Part shown: positions 12,511 through 24,445 of the stretch, piece after piece
Layout: each line of letters opens with the position of its first letter
How positions within the stretch are numbered: position 1 is the first letter of the stretch
Assembly (NCBI RefSeq): GCF_001194135.2
Contig: NC_068989.1
Coordinates: 85,335,539 to 85,399,538, forward strand
Length of the DNA: 64,000 nt
Origin: Octopus bimaculoides
Lineage: Eukaryota
Direction: 5' to 3'
Notes under the pieces: generated by a model
What the model was told of the DNA's origin: nothing
The model's database searches: none
The model's input: only the letters and a program-made list of their open reading frames with translations
Position numbers and translations under genes: made by a program

Positions 12511-13124
12511 CAATTTACTATTAAATAGAAATAATACATTTCTAAATCTCTCGGAGAAATTTATGCAGTAGTGATGCGATAAGGTAGTTGTATGCTGTCA
12601 ACTTAATGTGACAGTCCCATGAAGGGAATAATACTACTGCTCATTAACCTAGGAAGCTGCAGAGCTTCCTGTCGGCATTGACGCATTTCCTGTGTCCTTA
12701 TGTTTACAAGGAGGGAGACAAGCACCTCCACCCAGCTAAGCCTGCATCCAGAGGCATGTTTCTGAGTCTTTGCTCGTCATCAGTCTGGAGTAGCAATGAC
12801 TTGCTAGTTGGAGATGCCTGTCAAGCTCTTGTAAACATATAATAATTCTAGTGAAATACATTCACTGATTTCAAAAGTAGAAATGATACATTTCTAAATC
12901 TCTCAGAGAGATTTATGCAGTAGTGATACGATAAAGTAGTTGTATGCTGTCAACTTAATGTGACAGTCCCAGTGCTTGTCTCCCCCTTGTAAACATAAGG
13001 ACACAGAAAATGTGTCAAGGCCGACAGGAAGCGGTGCAGCTTCCTAGGGCTAAATAGCTGTAGTATTATTCCCTTCATGGGACTGTCACATTAAGTTGAT
13101 AGCATACAACTACAATTTACTATT
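12511..13124 (-). mobile_element. Non-autonomous Penelope-like / retrozyme-like element with hammerhead motif
   Basis: Flanking direct repeat caatttactatt (12511-12522 and 13113-13124). Direct repeat of about 94 bp (12526-12619 and 12878-12971, period 352). Inverted copy of 12584-12725 at 12972-13113. Hammerhead-like core at 12747-12789. Confidence 0.7.
12747..12789 (-). ncRNA. Minimal type I hammerhead ribozyme motif, probably inactivated in this copy
   Basis: Minus strand reads UCCAGA-CUGAUGA-CGAG(CAAAGA)CUCA-GAAA-CAUG-CC-UCUGGA: 6-bp stem I, conserved core, stem II, and near-palindromic stem III (ACAUG[U>C]). Cleavage triplet reads GCC instead of GUC. Confidence 0.62.
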
Positions 13125-14271
13125 GTTTCTTTGTATTTCTGGTTCAGTGTAGAATGGAGTGCAAATGTAAACTGAAGAACTAGTGTGGGTCATAAGGTTT
13201 TTTTCCCTTAGATGCTCACCCTTTCAACTCACGGAATGGGTGTTGGGGTGAGGCTGTGTGTATGCAGGGCTGCATCACTGATATTTCTCTAACCAGATAC
13301 AGTTTTTGCCCCAGTTGAGGTAATTATTTCAGGGTTATGCCCAAAAGGGTGTATAACCTCTGTATTGTTTTACATTACCATTAGTAAAACCCTTACTGGT
13401 ATACACAAGCACTGCTACAATAATCATGGCAAGAATTATTGGTGTGGGGGAAATAAATAAATAAATATATAAAAATTTCCAACTGAATTGAATCATTAAA
13501 TTACAGCCATGCTGGAGCACTGTCTTCTGCAGTATACTTAATTATACTGACTGCAGTACTTAATTAATACTATTCTGGAAGGATGAAAAGTGAAGTTGAC
13601 TTAAGTAGGATTTGACCTCAGAACATAAATGGCTGTAACCAAATACACTGTGTTTTATCTGGTGTTCAACTAATTCTGCCATTCAGCATCCTATACTTAG
13701 ACAGATACACAAGCTCACATAATATATATCATCATCATCATAATAATCATTTGAAAGCCATTTTCCATGCAGGCATGGGTTGGATAGTTTGACCAGAGCT
13801 GGTAAGCTGGAGAGCTGGACCAGGATCCAGTCTGTTTTGGCTTGGCTTCAATGGCTGGACGCCCTTCCTAACACCATCCACTTTACATTGCGTGCTGGAT
13901 GCTTTTTACATGGCATCAGTTCAGGTGCCTGTTATATGGCACTGACACCAGAGCTCCTTACATGGCACTGGCACGGGCAATTTTTACATGGCACCAACAG
14001 GAGAGCTTTTTTATGTGGTACACACATGCACACACACACACATACCAAATAATTATTAGAGGTGTGTATATTACATGGTAATAGGCTACAAAATACACAC
14101 ACACACACACAATGGGCCTTGTACAGTTTTTGTCAGTAGGAAATCTTTACCCAAGTTGCTGCAGAGTAGGACCAAACCTGAAGCCATACTTGTCTCCACC
14201 CCCCACCAACACACTGTCTTATTCTCTCTTTCCCTGTTCTTCTATGGAATATTTTCATATTATATTTTCAG

Positions 14272-14369
14272 GTGTTGTGTACATCAAGTTTAACAAGACA
14301 TCTGCAGCTTTCCTAGCAATGGAAGAGATGAATGGCAAGTGTATCCCTGGTCATCCCAAACTCCTTAAG
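14272..14369 (+). CDS. RBM45: RBM45 coding exon 2 (RRM1 RNP1 and helix 2)
   Basis: Acceptor ttttcag|, encodes (G)VVYIKFNKTSAAFLAMEEMNGKCIPGHPKLLK, donor |gtcagt. Phase 1 to 0, fits exon 1. Confidence 0.92.
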
Positions 14370-15820
14370 GTCAGTGAATTAACCACACTTCTGTCCTCTA
14401 CTGAAACCTTGGCCAATCAAAATCCCCTGAGTGGAATTGGTTGACAGAAACTGAAAGAAGCTCGTCATATATATACATGTGTGCGTGTGTGTGTGAGGGC
14501 ATGTGTGTTGGTATCTCCTTGTTTTGATATTGCTTGATAGTTGTGAAATGAATATCACTATCATACAAGCAGTCTCATTCGGGTCCAATATTCTGCAAAA
14601 ACATGTCTGGTCATGGAAAAATATTACCTTGCTTGGAAACAGGTGAGGGTTGGCAACAGGAAAGGCATTCAGCCATTAAAAAAAAAAAGTGCCTCAATAA
14701 ATTCCTGGCTCATGCAAAACATAGAAAAGCGGATGTTAAAATGGTGTTGATGATGATATATAATGGAGGAAGTGTGTATAGTGAAGATGTGTATTGTTGT
14801 TGTTGTTGGCACTCCGTCGAGGGTTCCAGTTCATCCGATCAATGGAACAGCCTGCTCGTGAAATTAATGTGCAAGTGGCTGAGCACTCCACAGACACGTG
14901 TACCCTTAACGTAGTTCTCAGGGATATTCAGCGTGACACAGTGTGACAAGGCTGACCCTTTGAATTACAGGCATAACAGAAACAGGAAGTAAGAGTGAGA
15001 GAAAGATGTGGTGGAAGAGTACAGCAGGGTTCGCCTCCATCCCCTGCCGGAGCCTCGTGGAGCTTTAGGTGTTTTCGCTCAATAAACACTCACAACGTCT
15101 GGTCTGGGAATCGAAACCGCGATCCTCTGACCATGAGTCCGCTGCCNNNNNNNNNNNNNNNNNNNNNNNNNNNNNNNNNNNNNNNNNNNNNNNNNNNNNN
15201 NNNNNNNNNNNNNNNNNNNNNNNNNNNNNNNNNNNNNNNNNNNNNNNNNNNNNNNNNNNNNNNNNNNNNNNNNNNNNNNNNNNNNNNNNNNNNNNNNNNN
15301 NNNNNNNNNNNNNNNNNNNNNNNNNNNNNNNNNNNNNNNNNNNNNNNNNNNNNNNNNNNNNNNNNNNNNNNNNNNNNNNNNNNNNNNNNNNNNNNNNNNN
15401 NNNNNNNNNNNNNNNNNNNNNNNNNNNNNNNNNNNNNNNNNNNNNNNNNNNNNNNNNNNNNNNNNNNNNNNNNNNNNNNNNNNNNNNNNNNNNNNNNNNN
15501 NNNNNNNNNNNNNNNNNNNNNNNNNNNNNNNNNNNNNNNNNNNNNNNNNNNNNNNNNNNNNNNNNNNNNNNNNNNNNNNNNNNNNNNNNNNNNNNNNNNN
15601 NNNNNNNNNNNNNNNNNNNNNNNNNNNNNNNNNNNNNNNNNNNNNNNNNNNNNNNNNNNNNNNNNNNNNNNNNNNNNNNNNNNNNNNNNNNNNNNNNNNN
15701 NNNNNNNNNNNNNNNNNNNNNNNNNNNNNNNNNNNNNNNNNNNNNNNNNNNNNNNNNNNNNNNNNNNNNNNNNNNNNNNNNNNNNNNNNNNNNNNNNNNN
15801 NNNNNNNNNNNNNNNNNNNN

Positions 15821-15853
<33 letters not shown>

Positions 15854-16321
15854 CACATCATCGTCGTTTAACGTCCACTTTCCATGCTAGCATGGGTTGG
15901 ACGATTTGACTGAGGACTGGTGGACCAGGAGGCAACACCAGGCTCCAATCTGATTTGGCAGAGTTTCTACAGCTGGATGCCCTTCTTAACGCCAACCACT
16001 CCGAGAGTGTAGTGGGTGCTTTTACGTGCCACCAGCACGAAGGCCAGTCAGGCGGTACTGACGACGGCCACGCTCAAAATGGTGTATTTTACGTGCCACC
16101 TGCACAGGAGCCAGTCCATCAGCACTGGCAACATATATATATATTTTTCTTTATCCAGCTTGGTTAATGCTAATTGCCATCAGGTAACTTCTCCATGCAG
16201 CTTGGCCAATATAACCTCAGAGCACCTTTCTTTACCCAGCTGGAGCAATATACTGATAGAGTAAATCTCTTCATAGTTTTAGATTTTTTGTTGTGTGAAA
16301 ACACAAGTACTCAATACAGCT

Positions 16322-16551
16322 TTAACCCTTTCAATACCAACCTGGCTGAAACTGCCTCTCGCTCTGTAGTACAAATGTCTTGTTTTCATAAGTTTTGAAT
16401 TAAAATATTCCACCAAACCTTAGTCACAATTTATGTTCCTAACACTAGCTGAATGATAACTAAGTTATTTTACTAAATTCTTTGTTATATTTAATATTAA
16501 TTGAAAGAAACACAGAGCATCTCAACAGAAATACAGTAACGAAAGGGTTAA
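16322..16551 (+). mobile_element. piggyBac-type MITE family 1; reverse copy at 52556-52784
   Basis: TTAA|CCCTTT...AAAGGG|TTAA termini. The internal sequence recurs as a reverse complement at 52556-52784. Confidence 0.7.
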
Positions 16552-17051
16552 AAGTGTGTGTGTAGTCTTATGTATTTTTGTTAAATTGCATGAAATAAAC
16601 AGTTTTATCAGTGTTCTTTGGTCCATCATGCACATCACAGTTATTGCTTTCAAACTTGCTCGTGTATAGTCTACTGACCATGGTTTAGGGGTATTTATTG
16701 CCACTGTCCATCTTGCTTAAGTTAAGGCATACATACTAAAACAGCACTTCTCAGCCTTTTATAGATCGGTGCCTCCCTTCACTGGATTTCATTTTGCAAA
16801 TGCTTCCTCCACGTTTTGAAAAAACAAAAAATTATAATAAAAAATACCAAGTTATTTGAATGAAGTAGAAGCAAATTTTGCACATTGCCACATCCTCAGA
16901 CAAGATCAAGAAAGTGATTGTAGGGTGGCAACCTGGGGGGAAAGGAGCAGCAGGGTACTCTAAAAATGTTTCTGGTGAAGGACCATTGTTTTCTACTAGG
17001 CACAAGGCCCCAAATTTTTTGGCGGGGAGGGGGACAGCCAATTAGATCAAC

Positions 17052-17184
17052 CCCAGTATGCAATTGATACTTAATTTATTGACTCTAGTACACAACTGGT
17101 ACTTAATTTATCGACCCCCAGTACGCAACTGGTGCTTAATTTATCAATCCCCAGTACGCAACTGGTACTTAATTTATCGACCCC
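17052..17184. repeat. 32-33-bp tandem repeat, 4 copies, within a family B SINE
   Basis: Unit cccagtacgcaactggtacttaatttatcgac. Confidence 0.75.
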
Positions 17185-17432
17185 GAAAGGATGAAAGGCA
17201 AAGTCAACCTCGGCGGAATTTGAACTTAAACTTAAAGACAGACAAAATATCGCTAAGCATTTCACCCAGTATGCTAACGTTTCTGAAGGACCATTGACAA
17301 GGAAAGGAGAAATTAAGGTTGGAGAAGCTGGAATGAGCAGTGGCAAAGAAAACAGCTGATGTAGAAACCAGTGGTTTATCACCTTAAATTTATAGCCTCT
17401 CTGTATACCTCCATCTATTTGTTTATTTGCAG

Positions 17433-17559
17433 AAATTTGGAGACATTGAGTCTGTGACTGTGCTAAAAGATCGGAAATCTGGTGAATCAAAAGGATTCGG
17501 TTATGTAAAATATTACCGACCTTACCATGCTGCACTGGCTTATGAATCATGTGACCCAG
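17433..17559 (+). CDS. RBM45: RBM45 exon (RRM2 core)
   Basis: Acceptor tttgcag|, encodes KFGDIESVTVLKDRKSGESKGFGYVKYYRPYHAALAYESCDP, donor G|gtaagt. RNP1 motif KGFGYVKY. Not in the supplied ORF track. Confidence 0.92.
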
Positions 17560-18155
17560 GTAAGTGTCATAATTAACTCTTTTTTTAATTAATGAATGGA
17601 AGAGCAAGATATGGCCTATGAATCTGAAGGAAGTGAACCCTAGACTGTGGGGTTCACAGAATGCATTTGTAAGTATTTCACTTTGTCATCATCATTTTCT
17701 GTCCCCTTTTCTTTGATAACACGGCTTGGATCCCTTTTTTGTTGCTATCCCCTTTTAGTCATCCCTTTCAACATACAAGGATATCATCATTGTTTTAACA
17801 TCCCCTTTGCCATGCTCGCATGGGTCGGGCAGAATCCCCTCCTCTCCCTAATGTTCACCTGTTTCCAAATAAGTTAATATTGTCCCAACATAGTAGATTC
17901 TTCTCCCTTTTCTTTTTCTTTTTACTTGTTTCAGTCATTTGACCGCGGCCATGCTGGAGCACTGCCTTTAGTTGAGCAAATCGACCCCATGACTTATTCT
18001 TTATAAGCCTAGTACTTATTCTATTGGACACTTTTGCCGAACCGCTAAGTTACAGGGACGTAAACNNNNNNNNNNNNNNNNNNNNNNNNNNNNNNNNNNN
18101 NNNNNNNNNNNNNNNNNNNNNNNNNNNNNNNNNNNNNNNNNNNNNNNNNNNNNNN

Positions 18156-18192
<37 letters not shown>

Positions 18193-19427
18193 CATACATA
18201 CATACATACGACGGGCTTCTTTCAGTTTCCATCTACCAAATCCACTCACAAGGCTTTGGTTGGCCCGAGGCTATAGTAGAAGACACTTTCCCAAGGTGCC
18301 ACTCAGTGGGACTGAACCCAGAACCATGTGGTCGGTAAGCAAATTACTTACCACACAGCCACTCCTGCGCCTAAAAACATTCATTGACTCTAATGGTGTT
18401 AAACTGGACAACAAATTAAGTCTCCCACCCCAGAACAATAACGATGAGCTTCCATACAGTCTCCTTCTGTTAAATTTCATTTGGAAGACTTCAAATAAAG
18501 TTGAGGCTATTGTAGAAGTCATATATCTGAAGTGCTCTGCAATAAAGTCAAACTTCACATCACATCATTGCAAACCAACTTCTTAACTCCTCAGATATGT
18601 TGTGCACATACCATTGCTGTTGGTGTTTGGTGGGGGTGAGGGTGGGGAGCAACTCATCTAGCAGTGCCCCGTGTCTGGCACCATTGATACGATGGATAGC
18701 CTAGCTGTGTTTGTAATCGTGTTGTGATAAGATATGGCTTATTCAGGTCAAACATGCAACATATACTTACTCTCTCTCCTCCCTCCCTCACTCGCACAAA
18801 CACACAGCATATAACCTACTTTCTTTTGCTTTGTTTCGGATTAGAAGACTGTACAAGTATGTATGTCTGTATGTGAGTGTCTGTATATGTGTGTGTAAAT
18901 GTATGTACGTATGTTTGTGTGTGTGTGTGTGTGTAATATGAATGTAGGGGATAAAAATCCAAGCTGTATCCTCTTGAGGCACATCTACTTATTCCAATAG
19001 TACAATCCAGTATTTAATTGTTGTTGTATTGATGAGGTACATACTAGACTATCCGTGACCCATTGGGTCACCTGGAAAGTCTTAGTTTCCCAGCAATGGA
19101 GTTTTGTTTGGTGGGTGTTTTTTCCTTTTCCAGGTTATTTTGCATGCTTTCAGCGAATGTGACATCGAAATCACACGTAAACAGCTCCTTTCCCTGGAAA
19201 AGGAAAGATTTGGCTACTATTTCTTGCACGACCTGCTACCACGTAACAGGTATTTCGAGTCCTTTATCGCAAATAGCTGTTACATGGTAGCTGGGCGTGC
19301 TAGAAATAGCAGCCAAATCTTTGGAACTGAGATATGTTGAATGCACTTGAAAAAATTTTTGTAATGATAGTTGTTGTATTGCTGTGAGGTACATACTAGA
19401 GTTGAACATTCTGGAAACATTGTTAGC

Positions 19428-19715
19428 AGAGGAATTTGGTAAATTTTTTGGTATTATTTATTCACCATTACACATGTTTCATTTGCTAATAGGAATCACA
19501 AAATTGTACTTGTTGGATAAACATGTAAGAAATTTCTTTCTAGAAATTCTTCAGACAGAAAATCAAATAATACATTACCAATAATATTATTTGATTCTCT
19601 GTCTGAAAGATTTCTAATCAGAAATTTTTTACTGGTTTGTCCAAGTGATTCTTATTAGCAAATGAAGCATTTGTAATGGTGAATAAATAATACCAAAAAA
19701 TTTTCCAGATTCCTG
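19428..19715. repeat. Long foldback (MITE-like)
   Basis: 19431-19499 is reverse-complementary to about 19644-19712, with a second inner stem (agaaattcttcagacagaaaatcaaataata / tattatttgattctctgtctgaaagatttct). Confidence 0.7.
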
Positions 19716-19749
19716 TTTTGTTATATATGTATGTGTGTGTGTTTGTGTA

Positions 19750-19790
<41 letters not shown>

Positions 19791-20593
19791 TCGTTTAACG
19801 TCCGCTTTCCATGCTAGCATGAGTTGGACGATTTGACTGAGGACTGGTGAACCAGATGGCTACATCAGGCTCCAATCTGATTTGGCAGAGTTTCTACAGC
19901 TGGATGCCCTTCCTAACGCCAACCACTCCGAGGGTGTAGTGGGTGCTTTTACGTGCCACTGGCACGAAGGCCAGTCAGGAGGTACTGGCAACGGCCACGC
20001 TCGAAATGGTGTATTTTATGTGTCACCTGCACAGGAGCCAGTCCAGCGAAGGAAAGTGAGATCACAGCCGTAGCCTGCACCAGTGTCGCATAACCAGCCC
20101 ATTTAAAAAGTACCTTTGAATCATTGGGCGACATGCCGTGCTTGAGGAGACCTATTGAGTTAAGTAAATCAAATTATAATCAAATGGAAATTGTAGTTGT
20201 GGTCAGTACCAGTGCCGGTGGCACGCAATAAGCACCATTCATGTGTGGGTCACTGCTAGAGCCACTTGACTGGCTCCCTGTGCTGGTGGCACGTAAAAAT
20301 CACCATCCAAACATGGTTGATGCCAGCCCTGACTGGCTCCAGTGCTGGTGGCACGTAAAAAGCACCATCCGAATGTAGCCGATGCCAGTGTCACCTGACT
20401 GGCTCCCATGCCAGTGACATATAAAAGGCACCATTATACTCTCGGAATAGTTGGCGTTTGGAAGGGAGAAACATTGCCAGATCAGATTGGAGCCTGGTGC
20501 AGTCTCCTGTCTTGCCAGTCCCCAGGCAAACCATCCAATCCCTGCCAGCATGGAAAACAGACATTAAACGATGATGATGATGATGTATATAGC

Positions 20594-20625
<32 letters not shown>

Positions 20626-21307
20626 GGTGCAGGAGTGGCCACTGCATGGCACTTTGGGCAAGTGTCTTCTTCTATAGCCTCAGGCTGACCAAAGCTTGTG
20701 AGTGGATTTGGTAGACGGAAACTGAAAGAAGCATGTGTGAGAGTGTAGAAACATGTTGTATGTAATTTGTGTGTAAGTGGCGTGTTGGGTACAGAGTGGT
20801 CTGGATGTCAGTCACACACCAGCTTATGTTGGGTCCCATGGTGGCTTGCATGCCAGTCACACTGTAGCCTTCAAGGCAGTCACTCTTTGTTCTGTATCAC
20901 ATACCCAAGTTAAAATTTAAAAAAGAAACAACAAAAAAAAACAAACCCTTTCATATGTTTCACTTATTGTTTTTGTTTCTTTTTATTCAAAAGTTTTCNN
21001 NNNNNNNNNNNNNNNNNNNNNNNNNNNNNNNNNNNNNNNNNNNNNNNNNNNNNNNNNNNNNNNNNNNNNNNNNNNNNNNNNNNNNNNNNNNNNNNNNNNN
21101 NNNNNNNNNNNNNNNNNNNNNNNNNNNNNNNNNNNNNNNNNNNNNNNNNNNNNNNNNNNNNNNNNNNNNNNTTGTAGTACCTCTCTTTGATTATTAGTAA
21201 TTTGTATTGTAGCTATCAAGAGTGTGTTGTGGTAATTTTTGAATGGTGGGTGGGTAGTGATAATAGAAGTCTATTATTTTCCATGTGGTATCTATGTAGA
21301 TATGACC

Positions 21308-21678
21308 TAAACAAGAGCACTCAGAGAGCACAAACCTCTGCCAAGGCAACACCAATGTCCTCTCAACGATTAGCCAGAGATGATTTTTAAATGAGAATAT
21401 CTGAAATAAACTTGACTGCTCTCACAAACGAGAATACTAAAAATGAACCCAACCGTTCTCAAAAATTAAGTAAAAAAAACTGGGAAAATAATCCAGAATT
21501 CTTGTCCGGCACCAGATCGATCCCAAAATCTAATCAGTTCGTACCAGTCACCAGGCCAAACATTCCTGAAAGTTTCATCCGAATCCATCCAGCATTTCTT
21601 GAGATATCTTTTCCACGGACAAACAAACAAACATGACTGAAAACAATATCTCTGCCTTCACTAAGGTGAAGGTAATAA
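21308..21678 (+). mobile_element. Helitron/Helentron-type non-autonomous element
   Basis: Subterminal (CAAA)n microsatellite followed by the 3' hairpin CCTTCAC-TAAG-GTGAAGG and TAATAA, the typical HINE/DINE-like layout. Confidence 0.5.
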
Positions 21679-22615
21679 AACAACTACCTGACTCACTAAC
21701 ATCTCTGCTATTTCCACTGTTTACTGGTTTGGTGATGTTGAGGGCAAATTGTTGTGTTTGAAACAGTGTTCATTTATAGTACATGGTAGAATTAATGAAT
21801 TGATGATGTAATGGAGAAATTTGTAGTGAGAGAACAGTGGAATGGATGCATGGAGGTGAACTGACCCAGTGAATAATATACTGTATTTGCTGCTGCATAG
21901 AATACACTCTTGCATAAAACAAATCCCTACTTTTTGGTGCTGGTTAATGCAGTGCAGTCATCAAGCAGTTCTGAGTTCAATCCCTGGCATGGCACTTAGG
22001 TGAATCACAAGACTCTTGAAGAAGGCTGGTGCATACAACAGCTGGAACAGTGAAAACAACAATAAGATGAGGACACCAGTCCAAATTATGTAAACAATGT
22101 ACACAAATTTTAATATAACTCTTTAGCTTTGAAGCTATGGTCATGCTGGGGCACCACCATTAATATGTTCCATCAGACACTCATACACTCGATATCCCAT
22201 CCATATGATTGCATTAGAAGTGTGGCAATTTTTTTGTTACATTTAAGAATATCTTCAATATATTTTATATACTGGTATTGCATTGCTAACATCAATTTTA
22301 GTTTTGTTGTTATTAATAGGAAAATGTATTTGTCTGTGTGTGGCAGATTGAAAAAACAAAAATATATAAAGCCAGGGGAACATCAGTGAATTAGGTATTT
22401 TATCAGTGACTCATTATCACTTCAGGCTTGCTAGTGGAGTATTAACATTAGTATATTGTACCAGCATGGTGTTGGAACTGTCAGAACTTTATCAGTGCCA
22501 GTATGATAACGCAAGATAATGGGAGATGTAAGATGGATTCATTTGTATTTGTGAAAAATACTTTTAGTTGTTCACTTATTCTGAAACTTCTGCTATCAAA
22601 TTGGTTATTTTGCAG

Positions 22616-22738
22616 GTGTTAAACGCTGTTTCACTGAGATGGGTGGTCGTGATGATTTCGGTTACCGAGGCTATGATATGTACAGTGGAGCAGGGGGCTA
22701 TGGGCCAGCAATTCCTGAAGCTATGCCTCCATATCCAA
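22616..22738 (+). CDS. RBM45: RBM45 exon (Gly/Tyr-rich linker)
   Basis: Acceptor ttttgcag|, encodes VKRCFTEMGGRDDFGYRGYDMYSGAGGYGPAIPEAMPPYP, donor A|gtaagc. 123 nt, phase 1-1. Confidence 0.8.
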
Positions 22739-22846
22739 GTAAGCAGCTACTTTCTGATAAAAACTCTTTTATTAATTCATTAGTATTACACAAATATTTG
22801 TTTTCTTATCGCATTTTTTCTGCAATGTACCCCAATCTGTGAAACA

Positions 22847-23394
22847 TTAACCCTTTTGTATTTAAACCAACCATACCCAGCCCAAATATTCTAACTGTTT
22901 TATGTTCAAACTGGCCAGATCCAGCCTCTCACTCCTACCCAACAATATTATTCTAAAAATAAAGTTACATCATTGAAATCTGAGAGCTACAAGATAATGC
23001 ATAATTAATTCAAAATAATGTGAATATATAAGCATGGCTCCTGTGCCAGTGACATGTAAAAAGCACCATTCGAGCATGGTCGATGCCAGTACCACCTGAC
23101 TGGCTCCTGTGGGTGGCATATAAAAAGCACTATTCGAGTGTAGTCGATGCCAGTGCTGCCTGACTGGACCCCATGCCAGTGACACATAAAAAGCACCCAC
23201 TACACTCTCTGAGTGGTTGGTGTTAGGAAGGGCATCCAACTGTAGAAATCTTGCCAGATCAGATTGGGGCCTGGTGCAGCCACCTGGCTTGCCAGTCCTC
23301 AGTCAAACCGTCCAACCCATGCCAGCATGGAAAGTGGACGTTAAACGATGATGATGATATATTTAACTGAATAACCTGAATGCTAAAGGGTTAA
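22847..23394 (+). mobile_element. piggyBac-type MITE family 2, interrupted by a SINE; other copies at ~28367-28589, 34055-34282 (-) and 53039-53265
   Basis: TTAA-CCCT...AGGG-TTAA ends and a shared internal sequence (ccagatctggcctctcac...attctaa...agctacaagataatgcatg) in four copies. Confidence 0.7.
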
Positions 23395-23564
23395 GAGAAA
23401 TTATTTTTCAAACCAGAGGACTGTGCTAAAACAGACAATGGAGCTTGTCACAGTCCTCTGGTTTGCCAGCTCTTATCAAATCATCCAATGCATGCCAGCA
23501 TAGAAAACAGATGTAACGATGATGATGATGATTGTTTTAAATAGTTGTTTGCTTACTGTTTCAG

Positions 23565-23762
23565 ATGCCAGTGGAGTTGGTGGCAACATGGGAGGATGTT
23601 CTTCTTCCGGTATGGGGCCATTAGATCCTATCCAGAACTACCCACACAATAACTACCAACGCCTTCATCTAACCGTGGCCCTTGGTCTCAGCCAATCTTA
23701 CCTCACACGTCTCCTCAATCTTGTACCAGGTCTCGAATACTGTGATCTCAACGAAAGCACTG
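23565..23762 (+). CDS. RBM45: RBM45 exon (linker and first half of RRM3)
   Basis: Acceptor gtttcag|, encodes ...YQRLHLTVALGLSQSYLTRLLNLVPGLEYCDLNEST (cf. vertebrate IVPGLEYCEV), donor G|gtaaat. 198 nt, phase 1-1. Confidence 0.9.
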
Positions 23763-24294
23763 GTAAATATTAAATTTTGACCTAATATTTGTACAACTAA
23801 CCTGCTTTTTGATGATGATGATCTTACCTACTATAGGCACAAGGCCTGAAACTTTGGGGGATGGACTAGTCTTTTACATTGACCCCAGTTCTTGACTAGC
23901 ACTTATTGTATCAACCCCAAAAGGACGAAAGGCAAAGTCAACCTTGGTAAAATTTGAACTCAAAATGTGAAGATGGGAGAAACGCCACTAAGCACTTTGC
24001 CCAGTGTGGCAACAATTCTACCAGCTCACCACTTGAATAATTTTTTTTATTTATTTATGCGCCCTTTTAAAGCCTAGCCAGGCTCATGGGCCCGGTTTCC
24101 CAGTTTCTATGGTGTATGACTTAATCCCTTTGTCTGTCCTTGTTTGTCCCCTCTGTGTTTAGCCCCCTGTGGGCAATAAAGAAATAGTATGTGTATAGTA
24201 AAACACCAGACTGCAAGTGCTGTATAGTGCTCACCTTGCCCTTACTGTTTGTAGCCAATTGAAGCAGGAAGAGTGTTTGTTGTTTCTGTTACAG

Positions 24295-24445
24295 GTGTTG
24301 CCTATGCCAGGTACTGTACCCCACAAGCAGCTGCCTATGCAAGAGACAAGCTGGAGGGTTTTGAATACCCTATAGGTTCCAGGATACATGTCCGTTATGC
24401 AGACCAGCCATCAAATGTTGATATGCCCCTCGGTTATAGTGATAG
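24295..24445 (+). CDS. RBM45: RBM45 exon (second half of RRM3)
   Basis: Acceptor gttacag|, encodes (G)VAYARYCTPQAAAYARDKLEGFEYPIGSRIHVRYADQPSNVDMPLGYSD (cf. AIYAKYKLHGFQYPPGNRI), donor AG|gtaagt. Phase 1 to 2. Confidence 0.92.

Noticed and set aside
16832-17041. Candidate for the missing RBM45 exon 3
   Set aside because: No plus-strand frame encodes the expected RRM1-end/RRM2-start sequence.
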